Counted from the first letter of the stretch, positions 42,149-54,668 are shown. The stretch: DNA of 64,000 nucleotides from an uncultured Bacteroidales bacterium (GCA_963802185.1 CAWDHU010000015.1:592876-656875); one strand, 5' to 3'. The notes: a model not told the origin generated them from the letters alone. Numbers and translations: made by a program.

Positions 42149-44251
42149 CTAAAAAGATATGCGGAGTACAGCCTTAACATCCGATTTTTTATTTCCATCA
42201 ATTTCGTCATTCCCACTGCTGATAACATTTCTGTCGGAATACCATGTTTGCGCAAAACGTAAAATAATGGAAATATTTCTTGTCAGGTTTGAATTCAAAA
42301 GAAGATAAAACCGGCTTCCTTTTCCCGAAAATGCTGGTATTGAGAAGGAATAAGGAACATCCTGTTCAAAAGTATATAGCCTGGTATCGTACGAATCGGT
42401 ATCAAACAATACGTAACGGAAACTGAGTGAGTAGTTGTCTATTGCAGGTCTTATCTGAAATCCCTGGTATATAAGATATCCCGATTCTTTGTTAGTTGTA
42501 GGCGATTCACGTTTTGTAATTTCAATACGGCTTTGTAATTTGAGCCATGTCATTGCCTGGTAATTAAATTGCAGCCTGTAATAGTTGCGGTTAGATTCGC
42601 CTATCTGGTTCATTTTATCGGTTGAAAGCGAATAGTTCATGGGATTTATCATATTCCTATACCCTAAAATAATATCGCCGCGCCGCGAAATATTATAAGC
42701 AGCCTGTACGGAATACTCCTGGCCATTCGAAGGCGCATCAACCCTGTAGCTCAACCATTCGTGCCTGAACATATCGGCATAGGCCGTTAATGTAATTTTA
42801 TTGAAGGGAGTGGCTACCATTCCTACATACAATCCTTCTTCATTTGTACTATTGCTGCTTTCGCCAAAAGCGGCATTAAACGTATTCAGGTAGTCTTTTT
42901 GATAATTACGGTATACCATTGCAAGAGCCAGCCTTTGATCGGGACTGAATGACAGCCCTTGCAAAACTGCAAAGCCGGCATCAACCTGTTTGGAAGCCTC
43001 ACCGTACAAAGTCAGGGATTTATAATTGTAACTGTAATCTATCCCGGTATAAGTATTTGAGCTTAAAATGGGCTGGAATTTCTTATAAAGCACATCTTCC
43101 GGCTCAAAAGGTATCTCATAATTTACATGAAACAATGTGATGCCAGCCCTGATACGCTGACCATTATACAATATGTGTCCTCCTGCAGCAATTTCGCGGT
43201 TGGCGCCTTTATCAGCGATTTCAGCCGGCGTGCGGTGATACCCGGTTTGCTGAAGAGATGTAACCATATCCTCCGTCGAAGTAACCGAATCTGCCGGCAA
43301 AAGGTTAGCATCAACTTTGCGGTTTGAATAAAACCCTGTAAGATCGAATTTGCCTATAGCAATTGTAGTAGCGGCACCTCTCATAAAAGCATACTCGTTC
43401 GAAGAGGCATGCGGACGAAGCGCCGGGGCTCTTTTTCGCATTACAACTGATCCTGCAGCTTTGCCAACTGAAAATCCTGACCATAACGTTAATCCCTGGC
43501 CGAACTGAACATGGTAATCTCCAACGGCCAGTTGTTTAATAACCCCAATATTTTTAATGAAAAGGTGAGCCGAATAAAAGTCAAAACCTTTTCGCAAGGT
43601 ATCAGATTTAGGCCAAAATGGCTCACCTGCATCTTTTTCTCCAACGAAACCAAATTTCAGATAATCCTTGTAGGAATATTGAGCTCTTACTAACACTGCA
43701 TTCTGGTCGCCGAGATAATAATTGTTGGGATGAGCCATCCGCATAGAATCAGAAACGGTTTCGTATCCTTTTTGCTCCTGCAGAACCCGCTGATAACGGA
43801 TCAGAACATCGGTACCGCCATATTTTAAGGCTTTCTTTAATGAGAATTTTTCAGGTACATAAGGCGACAATGAGATAAACGGAAGTATCTGGCTTACCAC
43901 TTTTTCGTTAAATCCTTCGATTACCTGAAGTTCGTAAATTGAAGTCAGCTTTCCGTATTGGATTGTATATTCAAGTAAGTTATTTATTTGTAAATCGTTA
44001 AGAAAAAACAAACGCCGGAGTTCATTCTCGTCACCGGAATTCAGGTTAACAGGTCGCTCACGTAAAAGGTTTATCTCCTCTATCCAATCGCTATAATCCA
44101 CTTCAACATCTGAGTTCTCAGCCATATATTCAATTTGTTGCTCAACTTGCTCTGCACCTGTATATTTAGTGGTATCTGGCTGCTGTGCCGAAACACTGTA
44201 ATAACAGCCAAAAAACAGAAAAAACAGAAGGATGCCTGGAAGTTTGAACAT
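42149..44251 (-). CDS. Outer-membrane protein with an N-terminal helix-hairpin-helix (ComEA-like) region and a large beta-barrel-like body
   Basis: Signal peptide (SVSA|QQ). The segment VNLNSGDENELRRLFFLNDLQINNLLEYTIQYGKLTSIYELQVIEGF is HhH-like. The remainder has alternating aromatic beta-strand character and ends in F. Confidence 0.55.
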   Translation of the reverse strand: MFKLPGILLFFLFFGCYYSVSAQQPDTTKYTGAEQVEQQIEYMAENSDVEVDYSDWIEEINLLRERPVNLNSGDENELRRLFFLNDLQINNLLEYTIQYGKLTSIYELQVIEGFNEKVVSQILPFISLSPYVPEKFSLKKALKYGGTDVLIRYQRVLQEQKGYETVSDSMRMAHPNNYYLGDQNAVLVRAQYSYKDYLKFGFVGEKDAGEPFWPKSDTLRKGFDFYSAHLFIKNIGVIKQLAVGDYHVQFGQGLTLWSGFSVGKAAGSVVMRKRAPALRPHASSNEYAFMRGAATTIAIGKFDLTGFYSNRKVDANLLPADSVTSTEDMVTSLQQTGYHRTPAEIADKGANREIAAGGHILYNGQRIRAGITLFHVNYEIPFEPEDVLYKKFQPILSSNTYTGIDYSYNYKSLTLYGEASKQVDAGFAVLQGLSFSPDQRLALAMVYRNYQKDYLNTFNAAFGESSNSTNEEGLYVGMVATPFNKITLTAYADMFRHEWLSYRVDAPSNGQEYSVQAAYNISRRGDIILGYRNMINPMNYSLSTDKMNQIGESNRNYYRLQFNYQAMTWLKLQSRIEITKRESPTTNKESGYLIYQGFQIRPAIDNYSLSFRYVLFDTDSYDTRLYTFEQDVPYSFSIPAFSGKGSRFYLLLNSNLTRNISIILRFAQTWYSDRNVISSGNDEIDGNKKSDVKAVLRISF

Positions 44252-44415
44252 GAATACTCAGTATTTTATCTCAGATATTGCTAATGATTAGATTATTAAT
44301 TTTATAAATTGTTGAACGAGCGACAGAAGAGTGGGAGAGTGGGAGTCAGGGAGAGAGTTTCAAATTTTGTAAAATCCGACATTCAACATCCGACATCCAA
44401 AATTCTTTCTTGTAC

Positions 44416-45228
44416 TCAAAATGCAAGTTGCATAGAGATCTGCGGTGAATATCCCAATTGTGTATGGACGGATGACGAAAGGTCAAGAGTGAATTTTTTC
44501 ATTTCAATACCAAATCCAAACGTATAGCGTGCAGGATTTGTGCTTAGACCGATACGTGCATAAGCGACATTGCCTAGCTTGAACTCAGCCCCGGTGCGGA
44601 GTTCCATTGGGAATTCACTGTTTTTGCAAGCCTCAGCCGTTAGTAGAAGTTTGTCGGAGAAAGTGTAGCCAAATCCTGCATTTAAGGTAGTTGGAATACT
44701 TTCATTATTGTATTCTGATATTTGAACATGCATGGGGTTGAAGGTGTGAGCTCCGAAAGTAAGCTCATCGGTAATCTTAACCATAATTCCTGCATCAAAC
44801 GTAATATTGTTTCGCTTGCCGTAATCTTCTCCAAGGGAAGTTCCTATATAATCGAGTTGAACTCCGGCCGAAAAACGGTTCCCAAATTTAAGTGCATATG
44901 CCAGCCCGGCTTTGGTGGTGCTGTAATTGGCATCGCCTGAATAGGAAACTGTGGTTCCCAGAACTCCGAATTTCGTTTTTAAAGTAAAAGCTCCGGTTTG
45001 AGTTCCCAGTTCTTTAATGAGGAAGCGGTTTTCGAAATATATACCTGCTGCAGTTTTATCGTAAAAAGCCATACCGGCCTGGTTGTTATTCACACTCCAG
45101 AAATCAACAACCGCCACAGACGAAAGACCCATGCCTGCTGCCCTGCCACCTTGAGCGATCCATTCACCCGATGCAGTTCCTGTTTTAATTAATACGAATA
45201 ATAAAAGGAGGGTAAAGCTTATTCTCAT
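44416..45228 (-). CDS. Outer-membrane beta-barrel protein, PorV/PorQ-like
   Basis: Signal peptide; GGRAAGMGLSSVAVVDFWSVNNNQAGMAF resembles the N-terminal motif of PorV/PorQ-type proteins; alternating beta-strand pattern and a C-terminal F. The family assignment is tentative. Confidence 0.45.
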   Translation of the reverse strand: MRISFTLLLLFVLIKTGTASGEWIAQGGRAAGMGLSSVAVVDFWSVNNNQAGMAFYDKTAAGIYFENRFLIKELGTQTGAFTLKTKFGVLGTTVSYSGDANYSTTKAGLAYALKFGNRFSAGVQLDYIGTSLGEDYGKRNNITFDAGIMVKITDELTFGAHTFNPMHVQISEYNNESIPTTLNAGFGYTFSDKLLLTAEACKNSEFPMELRTGAEFKLGNVAYARIGLSTNPARYTFGFGIEMKKFTLDLSSSVHTQLGYSPQISMQLAF

Positions 45229-45542
45229 GCCTTCTTAATTTTTGACTAATTTATAAAAAAAATCTGTTTGTTATTCCAAATGCTTTTGAAACTCTACTTC
45301 TTATTATTTGCCTCAATCACACTGATTTCTGAATATTTGAACACTAAGCCATGATTAGTGTTATTTTTGTAATGACAATACTTTGGTAGTAATTTATCAC
45401 CGTCGGGGCATAAAGAGTTTATTGTCATATTATCAGCACGTTATGTGGCAAAAGCCTGATTTTATTTAGTGCTGATAATGATGTAATTCCAATTTGTTAG
45501 CGAACTATTGTAATGATATTTTCAAATTAAAACTTTTATCTG

Positions 45543-46208
45543 ATGGATGCAACCCTTGTTCTGGATTTCCTTACTCATCTTAAGGTAAACAACAACCGCG
45601 AATGGTTCCAGGAGAATAAAAAATGGTATGAAGCTTCAAAAAAAGAAGTCGAAAATTTTGTTTCGGAAATGATTGCTGAAATTTCAGTAATTGATCCTTC
45701 TGTGCAGACTCCAGCTTTGAAAGACTGTATGTTCCGGATTTTCAGGGATGTACGTTTTGGGGCTGACAAATCACCTTACAAAACTAATTTTGGTGGTTTT
45801 ATTGCCCGTGGCGGGCGTAAGAGTAGCTTTCCCGGGTACTATTTTCACTTCGAGCCTGGCGAATCGATGCTGGCTGGTGGTGTTTACCAACCACAGCCGG
45901 AAACGTTGAAAATGTTGCGAAACGAAGTCTATTACCATAGCCCGGAATTGAAAGAGATAATGGGAAAACCTTCATTCAGGAAGTATTTTGGTCACCTGGG
46001 CGATTTTGATAAAATGAAAAAAGCACCTAAAGATTTTCCTGCCGATTTCCCGGATATCGATCTGCTTAAATACCGCTCGTATATTGTTTCGCAGAATATT
46101 CCGGATAAAATCGTTACTTCAGATAATTATGTGAAACAGGTTTTGGACATGGTTAAAGAGCTTCAGCCATTTATGGCTTTTTTGAACAGGGCAATTAGTA
46201 ATGGTTAA
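45543..46208 (+). CDS. DUF2461 / TIGR02453 family protein
   Basis: FLTHLKVNNNREWFQENKKWYE ... RIFRDVRFGADKSPYKTNFG ... PGYYFHFEPG match the family pattern. Confidence 0.75.
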   Translation: MDATLVLDFLTHLKVNNNREWFQENKKWYEASKKEVENFVSEMIAEISVIDPSVQTPALKDCMFRIFRDVRFGADKSPYKTNFGGFIARGGRKSSFPGYYFHFEPGESMLAGGVYQPQPETLKMLRNEVYYHSPELKEIMGKPSFRKYFGHLGDFDKMKKAPKDFPADFPDIDLLKYRSYIVSQNIPDKIVTSDNYVKQVLDMVKELQPFMAFLNRAISNG

Positions 46209-46246
46209 TTTTATTGCTGAAAACAAAGCATTTTAAATACAGGCAT

Positions 46247-46281
46247 AAAAAAAAGACAGGGCATATCGCCCTGTCTTTTTT
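46247..46281. terminator. Bidirectional rho-independent terminator between convergent genes
   Basis: A8 - GACAGGGC-atatc-GCCCTGTC - T6. Confidence 0.85.
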
Positions 46282-46312
46282 AATATAAGTATTCGAAAAA
46301 AGTATAAAACCT

Positions 46313-48325
<2,013 letters not shown>

Positions 48326-48540
48326 TTAATGCATGGCAAAGATAAGCATTTTGTTCGATATAAACAGGGAAATGGCGTCCCGGATAACAAGAATTTATTA
48401 ACATTTTTTTTAAAAAGCAAAAATGTTAACTTACAGTAAATGAATAAATTATAATTTTGGTGTGTTTGTATTTTTGAACAGAATCAATAAGTAAGTATCA
48501 TTAATGAGCAACGTGATTAAATAGGTGCTGAGGTATAGAA

Positions 48541-51156
48541 TCAGAAAATAATTGCATAGGATATCTTGACCAAAAAATCGTTTTGTGCAGGAGCTGATCG
48601 GAGTTCTTTTGAATATTCATTAAACATAAAACTGCCGTTCGTACCATCAGTGGTTCGCCCCTGCGACCATACGAGGAAAATGGTTGAACCCGGTTTGTAT
48701 TCCCATCGGTAAACCAGGTTCGACCTGTATTGCAGAAAATGGAAATCCGGATTATTGAAACTAAAATCTGTGCCATTTCCATCCGTATCAACATTGTAAA
48801 TGTTATTTTCGGTATCTAGTTGTATTTCGTCGCTTGTATATTCGTGAAACCTGTCGTAATAATCTGAGGCATCAGGATCTGTAATAGTTTTGAATTTTGA
48901 ATAGTCACCCGCGAAATAGAATGGTTGACCATAATATTGAATGGACATATCCGGTGTTATCCCGATATTGATTCGTGCAGCAAGTGAAAACTGTTTGCTG
49001 TCGAGCTGACTCATAATATAATTGTCGGGAGCATTCCCTTCGATGGTAGTTACGTATTGAAGATTATCCTGAGCAACAAAGAAGCTGGGTGAAAGTGAAA
49101 CAGAAATTGTATTTATTGGTTTGTAAGTTAGGGATAGCTCTATATCTCCCATATTTGAATTGTCATATTGGCTCCAGCGTTTCATCAGGAAGAGATTCAA
49201 CGATAGTTTCTTTCTCTCGTCACTGTTAAAGCCTATCCGATAATTAAAACTTGGTGGAGTTATAAGCATCGGCCCGCCTCTTAAATCGTATGCCGATAGT
49301 GAATTTCCTTGTAAGTTGAATCCGGTAAATACGGAATAGTAATTTTTAAATTGTAAGTTGCCATTCATTTCCAAGCCTTTATAAATGCTCTGCCCGGCAA
49401 AATTCCAGCCGGTATAAATATCACCACCAAAGTTAAACCTGTTATAGAAATGTTTCGGCTGCCATTCGTCATATCCGAACCATGCAACTTGCTGAATATT
49501 ATCTGATTGCTGCATAAATCCAAGATCATTAAAGTCGAGTTTCGGGGAGGACCAGGTTAACCACGATAGTATCCTCAAATGCCCTCCTCCGAACTTGCCG
49601 AATTCAAGTGTTCCTCCCTGCCCGCTCAGGCTTGTGAGTGAACTATCGACTTTGAAGTGCGTGGCATCCGGGCGCTGAAAATTATGTGTAGAGTTTGTTT
49701 GTAAATCAGTAATTGCTTCCTTTGAACCATAAATACTACTGAAAATTCCTTTAACAGTAAAAAAATAATTTTTATTATCCCAGTAATGGGTCATGTTTAC
49801 TCCTCCGGTGTAGGCTGCTGCAGGCAAGGTGATGAAATTGTCATTGTCGATATTGCGATTAGTAGCAGTAAATATACCACCCACAACCGTATTCCCTTTA
49901 TCAATATCCTGTTCAACCCTGGCAACCATATAGTTGGTGAAAGGTTCAACCGGGTATTTGCTTTCGACACCTTCCTTTGTTATGTCAGCACTTTCCTTTT
50001 GAGTGAACGACTCCAGGATGCCAATTGAAGTACCTTTTCGGGTTTTGCCTGATAGTTTAAAGGCACCCAGAATGGTTGTATTATCTGGAATTTTAGCATA
50101 TTCATTATCATTGAGTTCCGGTTCAAAATGCGGAGCTCTCCCAATTCTTCGGGAGTAAAACATTCCGGTACTTGAGCCATCACCATCGCCCGATGTCATC
50201 CTGAAATTAAAAATATTGCGGCCTTCGATAAAAAATGGCCTTTTCTCAGGATAAAAACTTTCAAAAGCTGAAAGGTTCACCTGTGAAGGGTCCGCTTCGA
50301 CCTGCCCGAAATCAGGATTAACTGTAAAATTTAAAGTGAGATCATTTGTAACACTGATTTTGCCATCCAATCCTGCCGACATGGAATGATCTTTACCTGT
50401 TGCATAAGGATTGCCGTCTTCTTTTTCAGAATAGGTAAGCTTTCCAAGAGTAAACGGGAATAACTCAATATCTTTCTTTGGCGTAATGGAATGGATGCCT
50501 TCCAATGTGCCAAAATCACTCACCAATTTATTTGAGCTTTTATGCAACGGTTTCCATAGTGAAGTTTCATTTTTCCTGTAAACGAAGCGTGCAACTTCCA
50601 GTCCCCACTCATAGCTTTCTTTTTTTGTAAATCGCAGTTGCGAAAGTGGTATGCGCATTTCGGCATTCCATCCTTCGGCATCTGTTGAAGTTTTTACATA
50701 CCATATCGGATCCCAGCTGTTGTCCTCGTTATTATCATTTGTAAAAATTCCATCCATTTTTGAACCAGCAGCGGTAACGCTAAAACTGAAGCCAGTAAGC
50801 TTATCTTCATAACTATCAATAAAAATGCCTACCCAGTCGCCATCATCCTGATCGCGCCTCGATAGCGTTTTATTGATTTTATTCGGCTCAGTATCGTAAG
50901 CCTTTATTGCAACATATAAATTATTATCGTCATAAAGTATGGCGAAGGATGTTTTTTGGCTGGGAAGGGTGTCTTCGTAAGGTTCAAACTGGATAAAATC
51001 GCCTCCCCACTCAACATGTTGCCAACAGCCATCGTCCAGTTTTCCATCAATTACAGGTGGTGTTGGATTAATTTTTTTAGTTGTGTATGATTTGTTCTGC
51101 GAAAAAGCAAAAAAAGGAATAAATAGTATTATCAGAAAGGTAAATATTCGTGTCAT
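48541..51156 (-). CDS. CBM9-like + DUF5916 domain protein (secreted or outer-membrane)
   Basis: Signal peptide (AFS|Q). IDGKLDDGCWQHVEWGGDFIQFEPYED...FAILYDDNNLYVAIKAYD is the CBM9-like start typical of DUF5916 proteins. The body is a long beta-rich region. Confidence 0.7.
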   Translation of the reverse strand: MTRIFTFLIILFIPFFAFSQNKSYTTKKINPTPPVIDGKLDDGCWQHVEWGGDFIQFEPYEDTLPSQKTSFAILYDDNNLYVAIKAYDTEPNKINKTLSRRDQDDGDWVGIFIDSYEDKLTGFSFSVTAAGSKMDGIFTNDNNEDNSWDPIWYVKTSTDAEGWNAEMRIPLSQLRFTKKESYEWGLEVARFVYRKNETSLWKPLHKSSNKLVSDFGTLEGIHSITPKKDIELFPFTLGKLTYSEKEDGNPYATGKDHSMSAGLDGKISVTNDLTLNFTVNPDFGQVEADPSQVNLSAFESFYPEKRPFFIEGRNIFNFRMTSGDGDGSSTGMFYSRRIGRAPHFEPELNDNEYAKIPDNTTILGAFKLSGKTRKGTSIGILESFTQKESADITKEGVESKYPVEPFTNYMVARVEQDIDKGNTVVGGIFTATNRNIDNDNFITLPAAAYTGGVNMTHYWDNKNYFFTVKGIFSSIYGSKEAITDLQTNSTHNFQRPDATHFKVDSSLTSLSGQGGTLEFGKFGGGHLRILSWLTWSSPKLDFNDLGFMQQSDNIQQVAWFGYDEWQPKHFYNRFNFGGDIYTGWNFAGQSIYKGLEMNGNLQFKNYYSVFTGFNLQGNSLSAYDLRGGPMLITPPSFNYRIGFNSDERKKLSLNLFLMKRWSQYDNSNMGDIELSLTYKPINTISVSLSPSFFVAQDNLQYVTTIEGNAPDNYIMSQLDSKQFSLAARINIGITPDMSIQYYGQPFYFAGDYSKFKTITDPDASDYYDRFHEYTSDEIQLDTENNIYNVDTDGNGTDFSFNNPDFHFLQYRSNLVYRWEYKPGSTIFLVWSQGRTTDGTNGSFMFNEYSKELRSAPAQNDFLVKISYAIIF

Positions 51157-51483
51157 GAAAAGTGCTTTCGGTTAAGACGAAAAAGAAGGAAATATGTTAC
51201 AAATTTAAATCAATTAAATTGTTTTATGATTTGATACGCGTATGCGTAAGCACTTAATATGTGAATCATGTAGTATGCCCGATGAACCCATAAAATCCAT
51301 CGTTCAAAATTGCAGTAAACAAAAATAAAAGATCTGTTATTCCTGCCCGAAAATGGAGAAAGGATTTTGCCTGTTATACAACTCACCATCAACTCATATA
51401 GCCTCTTGCTGATTTATTATACTGTTTCATAGATCCTTTCCTGCATTATACTGATAAAATTTGCTAATCAACTTAACCAAAGC

Positions 51484-51491
51484 TATCTTTG
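51484..51491 (+). promoter_or_regulatory. Bacteroidota -7 promoter box TATCTTTG
   Basis: Exact TAnnTTTG match 31 nt upstream of the ATG at 51523. Confidence 0.45.
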
Positions 51492-51522
51492 TATTTAAGT
51501 GGCTGTATACTAAATTTCAACA

Positions 51523-52668
51523 ATGAGGGACAAAACACACAATATACGGAGCATCGAAATATTTGTTTTTATGGTCATCTGGGTGGCTGTATTTGCTTTT
51601 CCTTTTTTCAATCAGCGAATTTCCAATGAAATAAACTGGAGCAAAGTATTAAGCGAATGGATTACAATGTTTTCATTATTGCTCATTTTTCTGATAAACG
51701 CTCTTTACTTAGTGCCAAAATTTCTTTTCAGGAAAAAATACCGTTCTTATATTTTTTATGCTTTACTGGTTATTGTTTTAGTGATAGTGGCGAAAATATT
51801 TATTGAAACTATTATTGAACCTTCGCAACCACTAGCTATGCCACCGATGGATCTGGGGCCGGGTATGCCACCTATGGAATTAGGCCCGGGTATGCCTCCA
51901 CCTAAGGGTTATAATCCGGTTACACCACTACCTCCAAAATCGTTATTCATTATCTTTATTGACAACCTGATTTTAGCTATACTGGTTGTTGGTGTGGGTA
52001 CGGCATTTAAACTGGTATCGCAATGGCTTGACGAGGAAAGCCGGCGAAAAGACCTTGAAAAAGAACAGCTGAAAACTGAACTCGCATTATTAAGGCATCA
52101 GGTTAGCCCGCATTTTTTTATGAATACTCTGAATAACATTCATGCGCTAATCGATATAAATGCCGATGATGCCAAGGATACCATTATCCAGTTATCCACA
52201 ATGATGCGTTACTTGCTTTATGATACAGCACACGGGAAAACAACTCTGAAACAAGAGGTAGCTTTTATAGAAAGTTATATCACTTTAATGAAATTGAGAT
52301 ACCCGGATCATGTGTCTGTTATTCTGAAAGTTCCTGATAAAATAAGGAATATAGAATTACCACCTATGCTTTTAATTTCATTTCTCGAGAATGCGTTTAA
52401 GCATGGAGTAAGTTACCAGGAAGAATCATTTGTTTTTGTTACTATAGAGCTAACAGATCATCAGCTTAATTGCATTATACGAAACAGTAAAATTAAACCT
52501 AAGGAAAGCGTTGAAAGCAGTTACTCCGGAATAGGCCTGTCGAATATTAAAAAAAGTTTAAAACTCCTTTTCGGGAATGATTATACCCTAAATATCACTG
52601 AGAACGAAAAGGAATATAAAGTTCAGTTAATAATACCAGCTTATGAAAATCAAATGCATAGCCATTGA
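51523..52668 (+). CDS. LytS/YehU-type sensor histidine kinase (His_kinase, pfam06580 type)
   Basis: TM segments, then LALLRHQVSPHFFMNTLNNIHALI and a C-terminal ATPase region (GIGLSNIKKSL). It contains a Pro-rich tandem MPPMDLGPG/MPPMELGPG. Confidence 0.85.
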   Translation: MRDKTHNIRSIEIFVFMVIWVAVFAFPFFNQRISNEINWSKVLSEWITMFSLLLIFLINALYLVPKFLFRKKYRSYIFYALLVIVLVIVAKIFIETIIEPSQPLAMPPMDLGPGMPPMELGPGMPPPKGYNPVTPLPPKSLFIIFIDNLILAILVVGVGTAFKLVSQWLDEESRRKDLEKEQLKTELALLRHQVSPHFFMNTLNNIHALIDINADDAKDTIIQLSTMMRYLLYDTAHGKTTLKQEVAFIESYITLMKLRYPDHVSVILKVPDKIRNIELPPMLLISFLENAFKHGVSYQEESFVFVTIELTDHQLNCIIRNSKIKPKESVESSYSGIGLSNIKKSLKLLFGNDYTLNITENEKEYKVQLIIPAYENQMHSH

Positions 52669-53362
52669 CGATGAGCCTCTTGCGTTAAAGCAGATAAACT
52701 CTTACATGGACAAAACACCGTATCTGGAAGTTGTAGCTCTTTGCCGAAGCGCTTTTGAGGCGATGGAATACCTGGCAAATAACGAAGTAGATCTTATGTT
52801 CGTCGACATTAATATGCCTGATTTAAACGGTATGGAATTTGTAAAATCGCTTACCCAAAAACCACAGATTATTTTTACAACTGCATACAGTGAATATGCA
52901 ATCGAAGGTTTCCAGGTAGATGCACTGGATTATATATTGAAACCAATCAGTTATGCCAGTTTTTTAAAATCGGCAAATAAAGCGAAAACATGGTTTGAAT
53001 TGAACCAGAAACATACAGAATCTATCAAGACATCGCAGGACAGTCTTTTCGTAAAATCAGAATACAAAATGGTTCGTATCTTTTTTTCGGAAATTAAATA
53101 CATTGAGAGTTCAAACGAATATATACAGATTCATCTTGACAGCGATGCGCCGGTTACAACCCTTATCCGACTGAAAGTAATGGAAGAGCAGCTTCCCAAA
53201 GACAAATTTATGCGTGTACATCGTTCATTTATTGTAAATCTGGACAGGGTGAAAGTAATTGAACGAAACCGTATAGTTTTTGACGGGAATGTTTATATCC
53301 CGGTTGGAGAACAGTATAAGGAAAGCTTTCAGTCTTTTGTGGACAGGACTTTCCTGGTGTGA
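52643..53362 (+). CDS. LytR/AlgR-family response regulator (receiver + LytTR DNA-binding domain)
   Basis: Receiver residues (DDE, LMFVDINMPD, LKP) and LytTR FMRVHRSFIVNL. The start overlaps the kinase gene by 26 nt. Confidence 0.9.
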   Translation: MKIKCIAIDDEPLALKQINSYMDKTPYLEVVALCRSAFEAMEYLANNEVDLMFVDINMPDLNGMEFVKSLTQKPQIIFTTAYSEYAIEGFQVDALDYILKPISYASFLKSANKAKTWFELNQKHTESIKTSQDSLFVKSEYKMVRIFFSEIKYIESSNEYIQIHLDSDAPVTTLIRLKVMEEQLPKDKFMRVHRSFIVNLDRVKVIERNRIVFDGNVYIPVGEQYKESFQSFVDRTFLV

Positions 53363-53437
53363 TAATAATGTCCCCTTAATTAATCTTCCAATGGATTAGG
53401 AATGAGTATTAAGAGTTTTTGAGATGACGGCCTTAAA

Positions 53438-54646
53438 CTAATAATCCTTAACTTTCGTAGATGTTATTCTTCTGCTTATAATAAAATTTTTATACATGGA
53501 TCTGCCTTTCTCAATCAAGAATGTAATAAGGATAGTAGCTGAAAAAATGCTTAAAAACCAGTAAATGTATAAGTTAATGGATTGGCTTTGAAAAAAAGCG
53601 GTAGCAATATTCCCGATTATCAGCCACTGGATAACATAGAAAACGGTAATATTTTTTCCAATCCAGCAGAAGAAGTTACCCATAAAAGTGTCCGGAAACA
53701 ATTTCAAAAAGCCCTTTAGGGAAAGTGTCCAAAGGAGGGTTATCCCCAAAGCCCACAGAATGTACCAAAAAGTGTGGTGATAATACTCAGGGAGGTCAAT
53801 GGTAATATTTATCCCTTGTTTTGAAAATAATATTACCAGCACGCAAACACCAGCAAGAAGTACAACTGAGGCAGTCTTTTGCCGGTCGAAAAAACGTTTG
53901 ATCTTATCCTCATGCTGCGCAAAAATAAATCCTGCCAAAGGGTATGCAAGCCATGGGAACAAAGGAAAATAGGACCAGGAATAGTTTCCGGCAATAAATG
54001 GCAAAATAAAATAGTGATTGAGTATTGTTAGTTTTTCATTTATAAACCCGGTTGAAGTAGCTACTGCCAGGAACAAAATTAAAGCTGCTGCTTCCTGTCC
54101 TTTTTTGAGCGATTTCAAAACTGCAAGAACAATGATACTCATTCCTGCAAGGTATAGAATATCCATGCCAAATATATATTTCAGCGGGTCGTGTTGCCAG
54201 CCGGCAAATGCTATTTTCAGAAACAGATGAAAATTCAAACCAATGTTCAAAAAGAAACCAAGTATAAAAAGTTTAACTCCCCTGAGCGTATTTTGTGAAA
54301 ACGTACTTTTATTCTTAGCAATAAAATAACCCATTACCATCATAAAAACAACGGCTGCAAAAGGGCCTCCCAGGAACAAAGTGATCTTGCCTAACAAACT
54401 CTCCTTTCCGGCCGGATCAATAAAGAGTTCAGTAATATGGATCTGAACCATAAACAAAGCTGCGAGCCCTTTGAGTAAATCGGGAAGTAATATTCGTTTT
54501 TTATTCATTTTATCAATCAGGCCATTCTGGCTGTTATTGCTTTCGGAATCCTTATTCAAAATTAGGTTATTATAGAATCTAATCCTATTGGACTCTTTTT
54601 CGGTATTGTTGCAAATTACATTTGTGGTGTTACTAGGAATCGTCAT
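53438..54646 (-). CDS. DUF1624 / heparan-alpha-glucosaminide N-acetyltransferase-like membrane acyltransferase
   Basis: RILLPDLLKGLAALFMVQIHITELF, then about 10 TM segments. The first 46 codons are Asn/Ser-rich and may not be translated; an alternative ATG lies at 54508 (MNKKRILL...). Confidence 0.65.
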   Translation of the reverse strand: MTIPSNTTNVICNNTEKESNRIRFYNNLILNKDSESNNSQNGLIDKMNKKRILLPDLLKGLAALFMVQIHITELFIDPAGKESLLGKITLFLGGPFAAVVFMMVMGYFIAKNKSTFSQNTLRGVKLFILGFFLNIGLNFHLFLKIAFAGWQHDPLKYIFGMDILYLAGMSIIVLAVLKSLKKGQEAAALILFLAVATSTGFINEKLTILNHYFILPFIAGNYSWSYFPLFPWLAYPLAGFIFAQHEDKIKRFFDRQKTASVVLLAGVCVLVILFSKQGINITIDLPEYYHHTFWYILWALGITLLWTLSLKGFLKLFPDTFMGNFFCWIGKNITVFYVIQWLIIGNIATAFFQSQSINLYIYWFLSIFSATILITFLIEKGRSMYKNFIISRRITSTKVKDY

Positions 54647-54668
54647 GAAAAATATCTTTTTATTTTAA

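Noticed and set aside
48501-48794. 97-aa minus-strand ORF overlapping the 3' end of the CBM9/DUF5916 gene in another frame.
   Set aside because: It overlaps a long, well-supported ORF almost completely, with no independent signals.
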